Shown here: piece by piece, positions 36,088 to 49,170 of the stretch
Position numbering within the stretch: position 1 is the stretch's first letter
How the letters are laid out: each line of letters opens with the position of its first letter
Assembly (NCBI GenBank): GCA_040954595.2
Contig: CM082584.2
Location: 186,001 to 250,000 of the forward strand
Length of the DNA: 64,000 nt
Direction: 5' to 3'
Source of the DNA: Balanoglossus misakiensis
Lineage: Eukaryota > Animalia > Hemichordata
Position numbers and translations under genes: made by a program
The notes under the pieces: model-generated
Databases searched by the model: none
Seen by the model: the letters and a program-made list of their open reading frames with translations, nothing else
Told to the model about the DNA's origin: nothing

Positions 36088-36217
36088 GTGTTTCACATGT
36101 GAAGCCCAGGTAGCAGCCAGCACATAGACATGTGACGCCTGTACAAGATCCCTGGATTGCTTGGCAAGTACCAGCATTCCGGCATGGGTTAAGGTTTGTG
36201 TTCGCACGGATTCATTG
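36088..36217 (-). pseudogene. Frameshifted EGF-variant exon (copy B of 5501-5630)
   Basis: Direct comparison with copy A. Confidence 0.82.
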
Positions 36218-37036
36218 CTGCAAATGTACACAATATTTACAAAATAAAACAGTATACAACTGTAAGTATTTATAATCATCAATTGTGAATATCACACCAA
36301 TCAAGGCCTTTTAATGCACCCTGATTGCTGAGAGCTGAAATACGTGAACCAACGTGTATTTGTTTTCACTACTATATCACATGACATTCTGCATTTCTTT
36401 TCCATAGTTGGAGTCTGCACCCAACATTGTATTCCGGGGTAGCACTACCCGGAACCCCGAAACTTTTTCGTCATCATCCGAGTACTTTTCCCAGCATGCA
36501 GTTGCCAAGAAGGCTGCACAGGGAGTTTTTAATTTTGCACTGGTATACAATTTTTTTATTCGTCAATTTCACAGACACGTGCATTGCACATCAAAATTTT
36601 GCGTCAGAAGTGAGGACAACTTAACTAGGTACCAATGCAATGTGGTTTTAGGCGGATTTGAACTTTTCCTTTAATGTAACAGTTGTATTGACATGCGATT
36701 ATCATACTGAACATGAAGCAATCTCAAAATTGCTAAAAATAAAATAATTCAGAACATTTAGATTCTACAATGGTGAAAAATATGACAAACCTTCCAAAAT
36801 TCTTATTTTTGAGGCCATTTTACAAAAATCTACGAGCCTGGCAAAATCTGAAAGAGGTGCTAGATAAAGGGCGCTTTTTCAAAACTCTAGATGGTTGACC
36901 CCCAATTTTTATTCCATAGATTAAATGTTTAGAAGTCATAGTATCATTAGTATTAATTTTAACATGATCAGACGACCCTTTATTTCGAGGTGCGCAACAC
37001 CTTAAATATGTTTTTACGACTAAGACGACTACAAAC

Positions 37037-37253
37037 CTGGTAGAAGGGGAGTACATGTTGTTGATGGTCCCAGAGAGTAGGTTCTTGATGTGCAGGCAAG
37101 TGGGTGATGTTGCTGCACACTGACAGCCTGGATCGCAAGGGGTACAGGATACTTCTGTGGCTGTGTCAGCATAATAACTTGATGGACAAGGAATGGGGCT
37201 GTCTGACCCATCTGGACAGTAGTTACCTACGCCGCAATCAGCACATGTCATGT
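37037..37253 (-). pseudogene. GCC2/GCC3-like exon present only in copy B, MTCADCGVGNYCPDGSDSPIPCPSSYYADTATEVSCTPCDPGCQC.../LACTSRTYSLGPSTTCTP
   Basis: ORFs 36820..37251 and 37029..37211 joined by a frameshift; cag acceptor, GTTTGT donor. Confidence 0.82.
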
Positions 37254-38180
37254 CTGTAGAATAACAACAGCTTGTGTAGTGAGTGTTTTGCCAATATGAC
37301 AGAGTTCAAGTATGCTTATTTGGTTAAATTTTAAAAGGAATATCACCCACTGTTTTAGAGTTAATATTGCGAAAGGGACTTCATAAGTTGTCTGAAAACA
37401 CCAGTTTCCCCAATTTTCACTAATGTATAGGAATACATGAGAAGTCGGCCAGTACGCGCGTATGAGAAGTCGGCCAGTACGAGAAGTCGGCCAGTACGAG
37501 AAGTCGGCCAGTTGTTGAACTTGTACCCGAATAGTGCAGTGATGACCCAGATTACTTATAACAACACTTAATAAAATATAATTGCACTAAATATTTTCAT
37601 TTGGACGGATTTCCCAAATTCTTGACAACACAATGGCGTCATTTCAAATAATGGCGTAATCCGCGTAAGGAGCTTAGGTTGTTCGCCAAATTCCTGTGAC
37701 ATTTCTGATTAAAGGGAGTTGTTTCAAAGCCTACTAAAATACATAGAAGATGTATGTGTATATTCATACTTTCTGAGACAACACCAAACAAACAAACAAA
37801 CAAACGTGACAAGGAACAGACTACTGGCGCAGCTCAAGAAGTGCAGGTGACTGATGTTGACGTACCCCGGTGACGTACATGAAAAGTGAACAGACAGTTT
37901 TAAAATTCATCGGCTATTTGTACAAATATCTCAGCTCCTGTACATCAAGGAAACATTTCGTAGTGAAACAGTTATACATAACACAAAGTACCAGGGTTCT
38001 CTCCCACAGGCCGACTTCTCGTACTGGCCGATACCGACTTCTCATACTGGTCGACTTCTCAGGACACCATGTATAGCATAGCTGTTGAACTAAAAAAATA
38101 TGTAAAACTACAAGTGATGTAAACAACTTGTGGAACCATGTTCAAATCGAGACCAGAAGAAAAGAGATTTCAAGACTTAC

Positions 38181-39601
38181 CTCCTTCAACACTTTACTGC
38201 CCTGTAGCGCACTGTGTGACACTTGTAGTTGTGCATTCATAACCAGAAGGACGTGGCCGAACCTAGCGAGTATGAACCTATCACAGAAAAAATTCAAAGA
38301 ACGATTGGTTTGGTCCAACGATCCCTTATTAGAGAGATGTCATTAATCACAGGTGTTACTGTACAATACCTCTTCAGTGGAATCATTGTGTTTTTCAAAG
38401 TGCATCACAATATCAACTCCAATGAGCATAACAGTTTAATTTTCTGTGTATGTCATGCTATAACACAGGGAAGTCACAAGAGTAATTTGCAGCCCAACTT
38501 ACCAGTAACTGTTGAACAATCAACTACGGGTGACATGGTTGGACACTTGGATCCTGCTGGACAAGGCGTGCATGTGCCGTCGCCTTCCATAGCATATTCA
38601 CCATTGCCACAGTCAAGCGGATCTTACATTGGATCTGAACACGATTGTCCAGCAGGGCACAGAAGACGGGATGTGCGTGCAGGCTCCTCACTTATTTCAT
38701 CTGATTAAAGAAAATGAGGTTTTTAGTGAAGTATTTGTGATACAGTGTCATTTAAAATAACAAATTACTTGAGATGATTCACTTCATAATTCTGAGACAA
38801 GTATACGGGCATGTAGAAAATTCTTTGGAGGACATTAAACGTCATTTCTAATCAACCATTTTCTGAATATCATAAGACTCTGCGAGATCTCACATGGCTA
38901 ACCGGGTCTCGCAAGATTTCGCACTGAGTTGATAATCTGTTGTAAACACATACCACATACATACACACACACACATAACCCCAGTCGCACTGACTTGAAA
39001 ATCTGTTGTAAACACATACATGCATACACACATACCACTCAGTTTCATCACACAGCAAACTGAACAAGTACCACAATTTTACCATTTGTACATCTGGTAC
39101 AGTTTGTTGCATCAGCCAATGACACGTAACCCTTGGTACACTTGAATTGCGATGCACTGGGATCTGTGCAGGCGTACCCTTGCTCACAAATAGTACACTG
39201 TTCAGCACCGGCTGATCTGTAAATCAAACAAAGAATTTACACACCAAGTTAACCTTTGAATACCACTGTAAAAAATTGGCGCAAATTTTAATTATTTTCA
39301 TAAATAGAGGTCTATTCAAATTTGGAAAAATTGTCATTTTTTCATTCATATATTATATCAGTAAATTTTAAATACAGAAATGGAAAATGTTCCCATCCTA
39401 TTTTTCAGTTAGTAAATTACCTGACCTAATGTTTGATGTTGGAAATAAAGGTTGGTGGGTAGAAATTTACCTGTTATGCAAGAGGTACAGCGAGACATCC
39501 TTTGTCCAAGGCCGAACTGTAATAACCAGCCGAGCATAAAATCACAGTGTTACCATTTGGACATTGGTTACCAGCTGGGCAATCAGCACATGATGTTTGT
39601 G
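38181..39601 (-). pseudogene. Four GCC2/GCC3-like exons of copy B (38181-38277, 38503-38700, 39083-39216, 39471-39601)
   Basis: Counterparts of 15142-16462 with the same lesions. Confidence 0.8.
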
Positions 39602-39980
39602 CTGAAAATAAACAGAGATTTATAGAATCTTATTGTCACAGTCATACTTTCAAAGACGTGGGATTCTCACGCGGGTTGGGGACACAAAAATCCCTGGCAA
39701 AAGATTGAGGACAGGAAAATGCCAAACCAGAGATATTGGTAACAGAAACTGTATACAGTCAATGCCATGTGGCAGTGTGCTGTTCTAACAACAGACAAGA
39801 ATGTGACGATCATAGTCTGTGTTGGAGATTTGGAAAAGAGCAAATTCGGTGAAAAGACGGGACAAAACAAAAGTCTACTTATACGATGCACATGAAAACT
39901 GGATGAAAGCGAAGCAGTCCACTATTTGAATGCATTGGATGTAAAATTGGCAGAATATTTGGACTGGACGTAATGTTTGT

Positions 39981-41292
39981 ATGGGGTGCCATGTGTTAAC
40001 TTATTATTTAGCTAAATTATTTGTTCAAAAGTCATTATTTAACATACTTATATGTATGTAATTATAGATTTGCAAACCATTTAAGTCCTGACAATTTATT
40101 TATAAATAATTTCAAGTCGATTCAATTATATACATAAAATGTATTTTATGCTCTTTTATTTATATATAATAAATTATTTATAAACAATGTCAGTGTCAGT
40201 CTATTATATATATATCATGAGTGATGTACATAATTATTTATATTTAATTAATTATTTATAAACAAAAAAATTTAAGTGTATTATAAAAAGCTGATCGATA
40301 GCTCTACATTGTGGTCTCCGAGGTCAAAGGTTGGCCGGTCATGACAATGCCATTATTAAAATAGGGGCCAGTCTTCAAGACGTGACTCTACCAGCCTCCA
40401 GACCAGGAACTGGCGACCCGCCGTTTGTTTCCAACGCCAAATTTGATTCTAATGTTGAATTTACGAGAAAACAATTTATCTGACCTGTAGTTTTTTGGCT
40501 CACTTACGTTTTGATGACTGGCCCCTATTTTAATAATGGTACCGCCATGACCGGCCAACCTTTGACCTCAGAGACCACAATGTAGAGCTATCGATCAGCT
40601 TTTTGCGTTTCAATCAAACATTGCAATCACGGGCTAAAATCACTAACTAGTTGATACCTTTTTCGGTGTTTCATCTAACCTTTGAAAGGAGTATAATAAA
40701 AATGAAATGACCACACGTAATGTGCATTTCTTGTTCACGTGTGGGGACTATATGTGTGCGTAATGATCCAAATGCAAGGGGTTGTGTGAACAGGCCTTAA
40801 ATAATGAGTTTGCGTTAAATAATGAGTTTGCGTTAAATAATAAGTTGACAAACGGCGCGAGTGCATTTTTTCATGGTTTAGAAATCACTTATTTATATAT
40901 AATTCATTATATAATGTAAATCACTCATGATATATATATAATAGACTTGCACTTAAATTATTTATAAATCACTCATGATATATATATAATACACTTAAAT
41001 TTTTTTTTATTTATAAATTATTAATTATATATAAATAATTATGTACATCACTCATGATATATATATAATAGACTGACACTGACATTGTTTATAAATAATT
41101 TATTATATATAAATAAAAGAGCATAAAAATACATTTTATGTATATAATTGAATCGACTTGAAATTATTTATAAATAAATTGTCAGGACTTAAATGGTTTG
41201 CAAATCTATAATTACATACATATAAGTATGTTAAATAACGACTTTTGAACAAATAATTTAGCTAAATAATAAGTTAACACATGGCACCCCAT
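39981..41292. mobile_element. AT-rich foldback element with ~300-bp TIRs and an 8-bp TSD, copy B only
   Basis: ATGGGGTGCC...GGCACCCCAT ends; TSD ATGTTTGT (39973-39980, 41293-41300); empty site at ~16834-16841. Confidence 0.9.
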
Positions 41293-41391
41293 ATGTTTGT
41301 ACGCACAGAATTACGCACATGCACATAAGATGATCGTCTGCCTTAAGTGAAAGATTACACAGTAATGCCCAAACTTTAAGTGCTGACTCAC

Positions 41392-41624
41392 CCTCTATAT
41401 TAGTGTAGTATCCATCTTCACAGACCTCTGGCTCCGACATACCATCATATTGGCACTTATACCCAGGGCAGGACAAGGCGTACAGTCTATACTTCCATTG
41501 TTGGCAAAATATCCCTGTCCGCATTGTGTTGGTGATGAGAGGCTGGCTGTTCCACACATGAAACCCTTGGACACAGCGTGCATGCTTCAGAACATGCTGA
41601 ACTGTAACTTCCAACTGCGCAGTC
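41392..41624 (-). pseudogene. GCC2/GCC3-like exon (copy B of 16932-17164), same two frameshifts
   Basis: Direct comparison with copy A. Confidence 0.82.
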
Positions 41625-41759
41625 CTGTAGGAGTGAAGACGTTAAATATTAGGGAGGTTTAGGAGCCCTCTAGCCAGCAAACTTCATCAAGGATGTACGC
41701 GCAGAACATAAACTGGAAACACTGTGCGCCCGGTCTTTTTCCCATAGGATTACATTGAT

Positions 41760-42560
41760 TATCACATACATAGCTCCGCATATACCATAGTATGACGTCA
41801 GACGTAGGTAAATTTGCACCAAGCGTTATTGTAATACCCATCCCTCTGACGTCACCAAACGGAACTATTTTAAACTTGTAAACAAAGTCCTCTTAGGGCG
41901 ACAAAATTCAGTGCAATTGTTGGTTTTATTTCGATTTTAAAAATAATCAAAGATAAATAAAATGTTTCGTATGTGTAAATATGGACGATCGACGATTAGT
42001 TTTACCTGTGTACATTTTTATCGCACCAACCGGCACCAAAACTATCGCAAGGTCGTCAGTGCTGAGCCAATGTCGTCGCGTTGTCGAACGAGCAACAGGT
42101 ACAAAACTGAGTATTCGCAAAAATTTTGATGCGACGATTAGAGCAAAACGGTCTAGTCATGAAGCAAAAGGCATAAGAAAGGTTTCCTGCTCCAGTGAAA
42201 CCTTGACGGACGATGAAATCCTGCTGACGCACGACAGACGGGTCCTCGCCAAAACCAGAATCGTCCAGGTCGTGACCTGAGTCACCTGACAGATAGACCG
42301 CATAACATCGATCTTCAATTTTGCACAAAATAGTTACAAATTTTATCGCAACCACAAAGAGATTTATTTGAAAATCAAAATTAGCGGATCTATGTATGTG
42401 ATAAACATATAATTCCCCCGTATTCCTCACTCGTGTACCTGCGTCGCGAACTCTCGATTCCCAGTATAGAATGGCTCGGAGGGATACGGCCGCTATACGG
42501 GGAATCACTCGTCCGCGACGCAGGCACACTCGTTCGAAATACGGGGGAATTATATATAAT
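41760..42560. mobile_element. Non-autonomous Crypton-like element with a terminal ~150-bp palindrome, copy B only
   Basis: Absent at 17299 in copy A; left end ttatcacatacatagctccgc is inverted at ~42384-42403, followed by palindrome 42407-42555. Confidence 0.7.
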
Positions 42561-43391
42561 AATCGCCAGAAAACAAACTTCTACTATTGTCATTTTAACG
42601 AAATTTTACACATAGCTCAGTCCAGCAAATATAAATTCATTGGTCAAATAAAATATAGGGGTCACCGTGCTCTTTTTTGAGATAAATTGCGTTAAGAATT
42701 TTGCCCATAGACAAACCGCTGGTGAAAAATGCTGAGTCAGCAGATTTCTTCTATTATCGACCAAATTCATGGCTCTGTATTTCAAAAACAAGCCCAGTGA
42801 CCCCTATATTTAATTACGGATTTTTATTATACATACAAAGGAGAATAAAAAAATCCACAATTAAAAAAAATGACAATACTTTCAATTTTACTGAACGTAC
42901 ATCCTTAATGTTACTTATGTAGTGGAGCACCAAAACCCAAATTTTCATATCGATTGTGTATTTTGTGATAAAAGCACCAAACTTGGCTCAGATGTGTGTT
43001 AATGTGTACTGAACAAATTCAGATAGCGAGTCACTAAATATCTGTTAAAGAGTTTCCATGGCAACCAATTATTTTCAAAATGGCCGCCAATACAGATAAT
43101 CACACCTGTTAAACACCAAAATAAATTCAGATTACAATATTTGAAATAAGAAACTACGAAAAGAACGGTTTGCAATAGAACTATGGTTATTGAACAACAA
43201 ATGTACTTATAAGGGTAACTAAGGGATCAAAACACAGGTGCAACTTTCAATCCCTGGTTCTCGCATTAGTATAGGTGCTCCCCCTAGTCAAACATTATGG
43301 CTAGTTGCGATATTTAACTTGAAGTACGTAAATTACACACACACGAATCGCAACAGTTAGCGAGTCACTAAATATCTATTGAAGAGTGACT

Positions 43392-44535
43392 ATGCAACTT
43401 ATTCAAGATCCATCCTATCCACAATACGTGTGAACTTCTACTCTCTACATGGAATGTCCGCTCAGCTGGATGCAAATCATTAGACATTGCAGACTACATC
43501 ACAGATAAAGACATTGATATTCTTGTACTCACTGAAACATGGTTGAAGGAATCTGGTGACGAACACGTAATGGCTGAATGCACACCACCAGGCTATGCTG
43601 TCAAACATCTACCTGGGGTTGGCAAGATCAGTGGAGGCTTAGCTTAAATTCATAAGCTAGCACTAAAATTAACAGCTTGGAAGCCTATTCTCTCTGTTAA
43701 ACCCCGGTGCGGAAAGTCCTGGGGTTCGGATTAACGTGTGTTTGTATAGTTGTTTATTTGGGAGTGGTCGTCGTGCATAATGACTGTGTAATGGCTCTCA
43801 TGTACACAGAAAATAATTGAACACTTCACACTTCCACGCGATTGACAACTGTTTCAATGGCGTGGTTATTGTTTCCCAGGGACGCTTCTGAAAAGCACTG
43901 AAACCAGATTTCTCCCAAAATCATCGTTGTTTCATAAGCTCGTGTACTTTTTCGTCGATAACTGTATGTTGTGTGTGTTTATAAAGCCAACTACTGTCGT
44001 TGTGTGGTGTAATTCTTTATGCGTGGACCTGTTTGGGCCGATTTTCATAGAGCCAAGATCGTTGGTGTTGTCTGTTGTCAGGCAAACGGCATTAAGATTC
44101 GCCACTGATTTGGGGGGTCTTTTATACGCCGCACCGGGGTTTAAATCTTTTGAGGCAGCGGAAGCAACTATTCTTCACCAGAAACTTTCCATGAAAATAA
44201 TTCTTGTCTTCCGTCCACCACCATCAGTTAAGAATAAGTTCACTGCACCACAGTTCATGGAAGAGTTCAGTACAACACTTGAGAAGTATGTCACCTGCTC
44301 AAGTAATCTCTTCATCGTAGGAGATTTCAATATTCACCTAGAAGATGATAAGAATCCAGTAACACAGAAATTCAATGGAATCATCAGCGCCTGTAATCTG
44401 AAACAATGGGTCCAACAACCAACACACAGAAAGGGTCATACTCTTGATCTCATTGTATCTAACTCTGCGTCTAACATCAAGAGTGTCTCTGTAGACTGCT
44501 TGGAACTCTCTGATCACAATCCTGTCAATGCAAAA
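43392..44535 (+). mobile_element. L2/CR1-clade LINE ORF2 5' fragment (APE endonuclease), interrupted
   Basis: WNVRS, LTETWL, TPPGY, FRPP, VGDFNIH, GHTLDL, SDH motifs. Confidence 0.85.
43701..44140. mobile_element. TTAA-specific MITE inside the LINE endonuclease
   Basis: TTAA|ACCCCGGTGCGG ... CCGCACCGGGGT|TTAA; removal restores ...SVKSFEAAE. Confidence 0.85.
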
Positions 44536-44615
44536 CCCTTTCAAAGCCATGGTTCAGTCCAAACGCATTGTTTCCTATGGAATGTACGACCTCTAAAGAG
44601 AGAACTTGGGTGAAA

Positions 44616-44955
44616 TGGGACAAAGTCTCTCTCTTGCTGCCTTTTCCATAAATTATGTTTGATACAAGACACTGTTTATGTTATTCTACATGTGGATATA
44701 TAGTGAATCAACGTTCAACCACACACAACTTCCATCCCACTTGCAGACACTAGAGTGAAAAAGTCACCAAATTGAATAATTGGTGTTTACCGTTTATTCA
44801 TTTTGGCGAGATTTTTACTCTCATATGCTTCAAATGGGATGGAAGGTGTGTGTGGTCGAACGTTGATTCACTATATATCCACATGACATAAACGGTGTCT
44901 AGTATCAAACATAGTTAATGGATAAAAGGCAGCGAGAGAGAGACTTTGTTCCTCT
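44616..44955. repeat. Degenerate palindromic MITE
   Basis: acaaagtctctctc..gctgcctttt / aaaaggcagc..gagagagactttgt; gtggatatatagtgaatcaacgttc / gaacgttgattcactatatatccac. Confidence 0.75.
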
Positions 44956-45135
44956 AAAGTATACCTTAAAGGTGGCCACTAACAGGTTTGACTGTATGTT
45001 GATCTGTGTCATGAATAGCAGACATTTACCAATGACTGATTGTACAATATATGATTTCAGTGTCACATATACATGTATAAGACACTAAGTACAAACCCAT
45101 ACATCTTACTTTCTCTCCAAATTGTAGATACTCAC

Positions 45136-45247
45136 AAACGCATGTATGTTGAATCCTGGTCTGCAACCACACTCTGGTAACTGGTTGGTGTGTTGCAACC
45201 TACTTGTTGGCATGGTGACAAACCAGCTTGATCGCACTCATTGTCAT
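45136..45247 (-). pseudogene. Calcium-binding EGF exon, frameshifted, DDNECDQAGLSPCQQVGCNTPTSYQ/CGCRPGF/HTCV
   Basis: cag acceptor, GTGAGT donor, D-x-N-E-C motif. Confidence 0.75.
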
Positions 45248-47038
45248 CTGCGGGGAAAACACAAATATCATAAAATGTATTAGAATGAATACATGTGAAT
45301 TACAGTTTTCTTTGAGTACACATTTGAAAATATACGACAAGAGAGCAAAATTGTGTGAAACTTAATAAATATCATCTGGCATATAACTTGGTCATTACAT
45401 ATGTTTATCTGTACCAGTACTGTATACTGATAAACAAACAATGTAGTAACCACATTAAATTTAACAAGGTAGTGTTTGAAAGCCAAAAATATCATGCACG
45501 AGACAACAAACTCGTTTTTTTTTGGCTCCGAAGTGTAAACAGAGGAGTCTGTCAAGTTGGGTATGAGCTACTACCGTCTGTCAAACTACTTCCATCCGTC
45601 AAGAATTCATACCATTTTCTAGCTTTATGTTTTTGGCGGTGGTGTGTAGCTTTGAGGTGTTGCGGAAGAATTGGAACAGGGACAGAAATCGGAACGGATT
45701 AGCCAGCAGTGTTTTTGCTACCCGCGAGAAAAAAGTTTGGCGAGACAATTTTCATACAAATTAGTCAAACTTGCGAAGCACTGCTATCTAACATCGTCGT
45801 TTGTTTTGACATGATCAACTTGCCATGATCAGTGCACTACAATGCGTGAAAGTGGACCGCTGTTCTGTTCATTGATCATCACCCCCTTGTATCATGAACA
45901 TTGTAAGGCAATCCATTGAATTCAGCTCTTTCAGCTAGTGGCCACACTCGCTTGATTTCCTGTGTGTGTCTCTGGAGGCACAAATAATGCATATGCGTCT
46001 TTTTCTAATTTGCATATTTTGAATGGGTTAGGTGTGCCCTGACTTGAATGCGTCAAGCGTACAGGTTGTTATGGAAGTTTCTTTTTAGAACCACTAGTGT
46101 TAGTCTGTCGGCCCAACCATCAAAAATAGGTTCTAGAAATGTTATTATGTTGTATAGGAGTTTTGTTCTACATGAAATTAGCTGGAAATGATGGGTGGGA
46201 AACTATTGATGTGAAATCAGGTCACTTCTACCGAAAATGATGGACCAGAGAGCAATGACTATTTTAATTTATTTCATATACTATGTTCACAACTGCTATG
46301 CACCCATAAACTGGGGAAACTAAATGATTGAACTTTCTGTTTGAACAATTCATGTATTTTTTTTGCTACCACCTACACTACTATAGTCAGCACATGAAAG
46401 TATATACTTGAATATGGAGAAATTTTATCAAAACACTTCAGCTGATCTTGAATGCTGTCTGATATTTTTTTTTCCAAATGTATTTCTTTCACTTTTAGAC
46501 TAGTACTTCTAAGCACTGTTTTTTTTCAAAACACATTTCTCATAGCTCGCACTGGTGCAATTTGATACGACATACACAATGAATTCCATCAGTATAACAT
46601 AATATACAGAATCTGAGAGGGAAATGACAATATATTTGTGTGAGGCCATTTGTGAGTGCAGGCCATTTTTAAGACTTAATTTAAAACAGTTATTAGAGCC
46701 CAGGACAAGTGGTTTTTCCCCCTGTCAAGCACCTACGTTATCAGGCTGCATTCAATATTACATGAGCAAATCAGTTCAGCATTTCACTGTGGTGTTTGCA
46801 CTGTTCTCCAAACATTCTGCTCGTCATCCACTACACACTGAGAGAGCACCAAGTGTCCTTGACGCTATATTTTTAATTTCTAACTATGGAAAGTGCCTGA
46901 TAACTTTAAATTATTTTCTTTTTTAACATGGTGACTGGCTGTAATCTCTGCAACTTACAACTTCTGTAAGCACCCTTTTGTGGCAGGAAATGCAAAGCCA
47001 TTGTTAGCCTATACCCTCCCCACTCAAAAAAAACTTAC

Positions 47039-47158
47039 CTGAACAATTGACATGGTCTGCACTCAGAGAAAAACCATCATCACCACAACTACAGCTGAAT
47101 CCACCCTCTGCATTGTGACAACCTCCAGCACAAACAGAATCTGAACACTCATTCACAT
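47039..47158 (-). CDS. Calcium-binding EGF exon, open, DVNECSDSVCAGGCHNAEGGFSCSCGDDGFSLSADHVNCS
   Basis: cag acceptor, GTAAGT donor, 120 bp, phase 1-1; neighbouring exons are disabled, so it is probably part of a pseudogene. Confidence 0.8.
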
Positions 47159-47483
47159 CTGAAAATAGAAAACAAAAACATCCATTGTAATTATTCAAGT
47201 CAATACCTATCCTCCCTTCCTTTAAAATTTTCTTAAATTGAACAAATTCACATGGCTTTGAAATTAAGTATTAACAGTGATATTTCTAATATTTCTAACA
47301 GGCCTGACTTTTCTAAACTTTCAGTTTCTTTGTGGATTTGTAGAAATGATGTAAAAACTGAGCTGTCAGGTCATAACTGTTTGTGCTTTGGCATGAACAC
47401 ATATCCCAGAATGCCCTACAGGGTTGGCAAAGAAATTGATAAACTCTTCACCTAAAATTTCAAACTCGTAGATCTTAATTATA

Positions 47484-47885
47484 TAGATTCTCACACTCCT
47501 GGCATGCTGAGAGTGTAGGATCAGAGTTTTAGAACAAATCAATCCCACACACTCACTGAATCGAAAGCTGTATATGACGCGAGCGCTGATTGGATGACAA
47601 AGCGATTTTTAATAACGTGCGCTAAATGTTATCCAATGACAGGATAAAGAAACTACAACATGCCAGATGACAACTCAAGAGTCATTTATTCAATGTTTTA
47701 AGACGAATTTGGCTAATTTGTGCCCGTGTGAGAAATATAATCTCATACACAAAGGACCTAGGATCATATTTCCCACACTTGTCAGGGATATTTTGTCCCA
47801 CATTCGCCTGCAGCTCGTGTGGGACAGAAAATCCCCAACTCATGTCAGAATTATGACCCCTAGTCCTTGGGAGTGTGAGATTCTA
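47484..47885. mobile_element. Decayed small Crypton-like element with a terminal palindrome (47740-47881)
   Basis: ttctcacac ... gtgtgagaa-atata-atctcatac ... gtgtgagat arrangement. Confidence 0.45.
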
Positions 47886-48859
47886 TTAATCTCACAACCT
47901 TAGGACCTGGGATAAGATTTCTCAGATGAGTTGGTGATATTTTTGCTTGTGTTAGTCAACATATACCTGATAAGTGTAAAAAATTGCGTCAAGGACACAG
48001 TGGTCCCATTCAGTCTACACGGAGTACATATACACAGTCAGATCGCACGGTGCTCATTTGCATATGAAAGTTCATCAAGCGAGCGACCGTTAACTTTCAA
48101 ACAGACTGCAATAGGCCAATTTTCAAGGTGATTTTCAACTTGATTTTTATGCTCTGTTGTGCAATAAAATACCATGTTAGCTGGATAAATTACGAAAGTG
48201 ATTCCCATTTTTCACTGCAGACGTAAATTTTATGAAAATCTGTCGGTAATAGTAGAAGTTTTTAACGTGTTTTCAGTGGTATGTTGGTGACCCCGAAAGA
48301 GACGTCCATAAACGTGTCAAAAAGCATTTGAAAACGACCTCGGAAGTTAACCAAACTTTCCTGACAGAGAGGTCTAATATCGGTCCCGACATCCATGAAA
48401 AGAAATTAATTCGAAATGCTTGTGTAACAGTCCGCTTAAAAATAATCGATGTCGTTCAACGATATGACCCGGAAGTATACGTTGACCTCTCCGGCTCCAT
48501 GTTAGCCTTGTAAATACAGAAGTGTTGCGTTGATCGTGAAACGATACGTTTACCGTGGGGAAAACAGCTTTTGAAAGGCAATTCTTAAGTAAAACAGTTA
48601 CTGGATAATGTATAACACCCTAAGGTAACGTATTAGCCAAGTTTTAACTTAATTACTAGCCTGATTTCAATACAACATCGATCTATCGCCTACAAATGTA
48701 GGTCCCATATGGACAGAATGCCAGGTTTACCATACATGACTACGTACGTGTGAGGAGCTCAGCTGGTGTATTTTTTTTCTCTTTATCGTGGCCTGGGATA
48801 TTAGTAGACATTTCGAGAATGCAAAATGCCAACTGTAACTTCAAAACCATTTCCCTTTA

Positions 48860-49170
48860 TTCACTGATAATATATGCAATAAATATTTGTGTCTGAAGGC
48901 AAGCAATTTTTGTTGTCATCATTGCATTGGGCTGAACAGGACAGAGTTTGAGCTGATCAGCTGACTCCAAGTTTCGATTTGGAACATACAATTTGATCAT
49001 ATCAGACAGATATGATGGTCCAAGTCTATGAATGAATTCAAAAATAAGAAATAAAATCTTGAAAACAATACGATCAGACACAGGTAACCAATGCAACTGA
49101 AATTGCATTGATGTAAAAGGTGATTTTGGAACTAGCAGCAATATTTTTAACTTGAATACGGCTGATCTAG
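48860..49170 (-). mobile_element. L2-clade LINE 3' fragment
   Basis: QLHWLPVSDRIVFK...YVPNRNL; related to 4591-5052. Confidence 0.75.

Larger units (their letters stand above)
28474..43322 (+). repeat. Copy B of the large direct duplication
   Basis: Collinear with 1-18500 apart from copy-specific insertions and deletions. Confidence 0.95.

Noticed and set aside
496-36217. Assigning a gene symbol (Notch, fibropellin, SCUBE, SVEP1)
   Set aside because: Only repeat modules are visible; there is no diagnostic domain and the Cys pattern is non-canonical.
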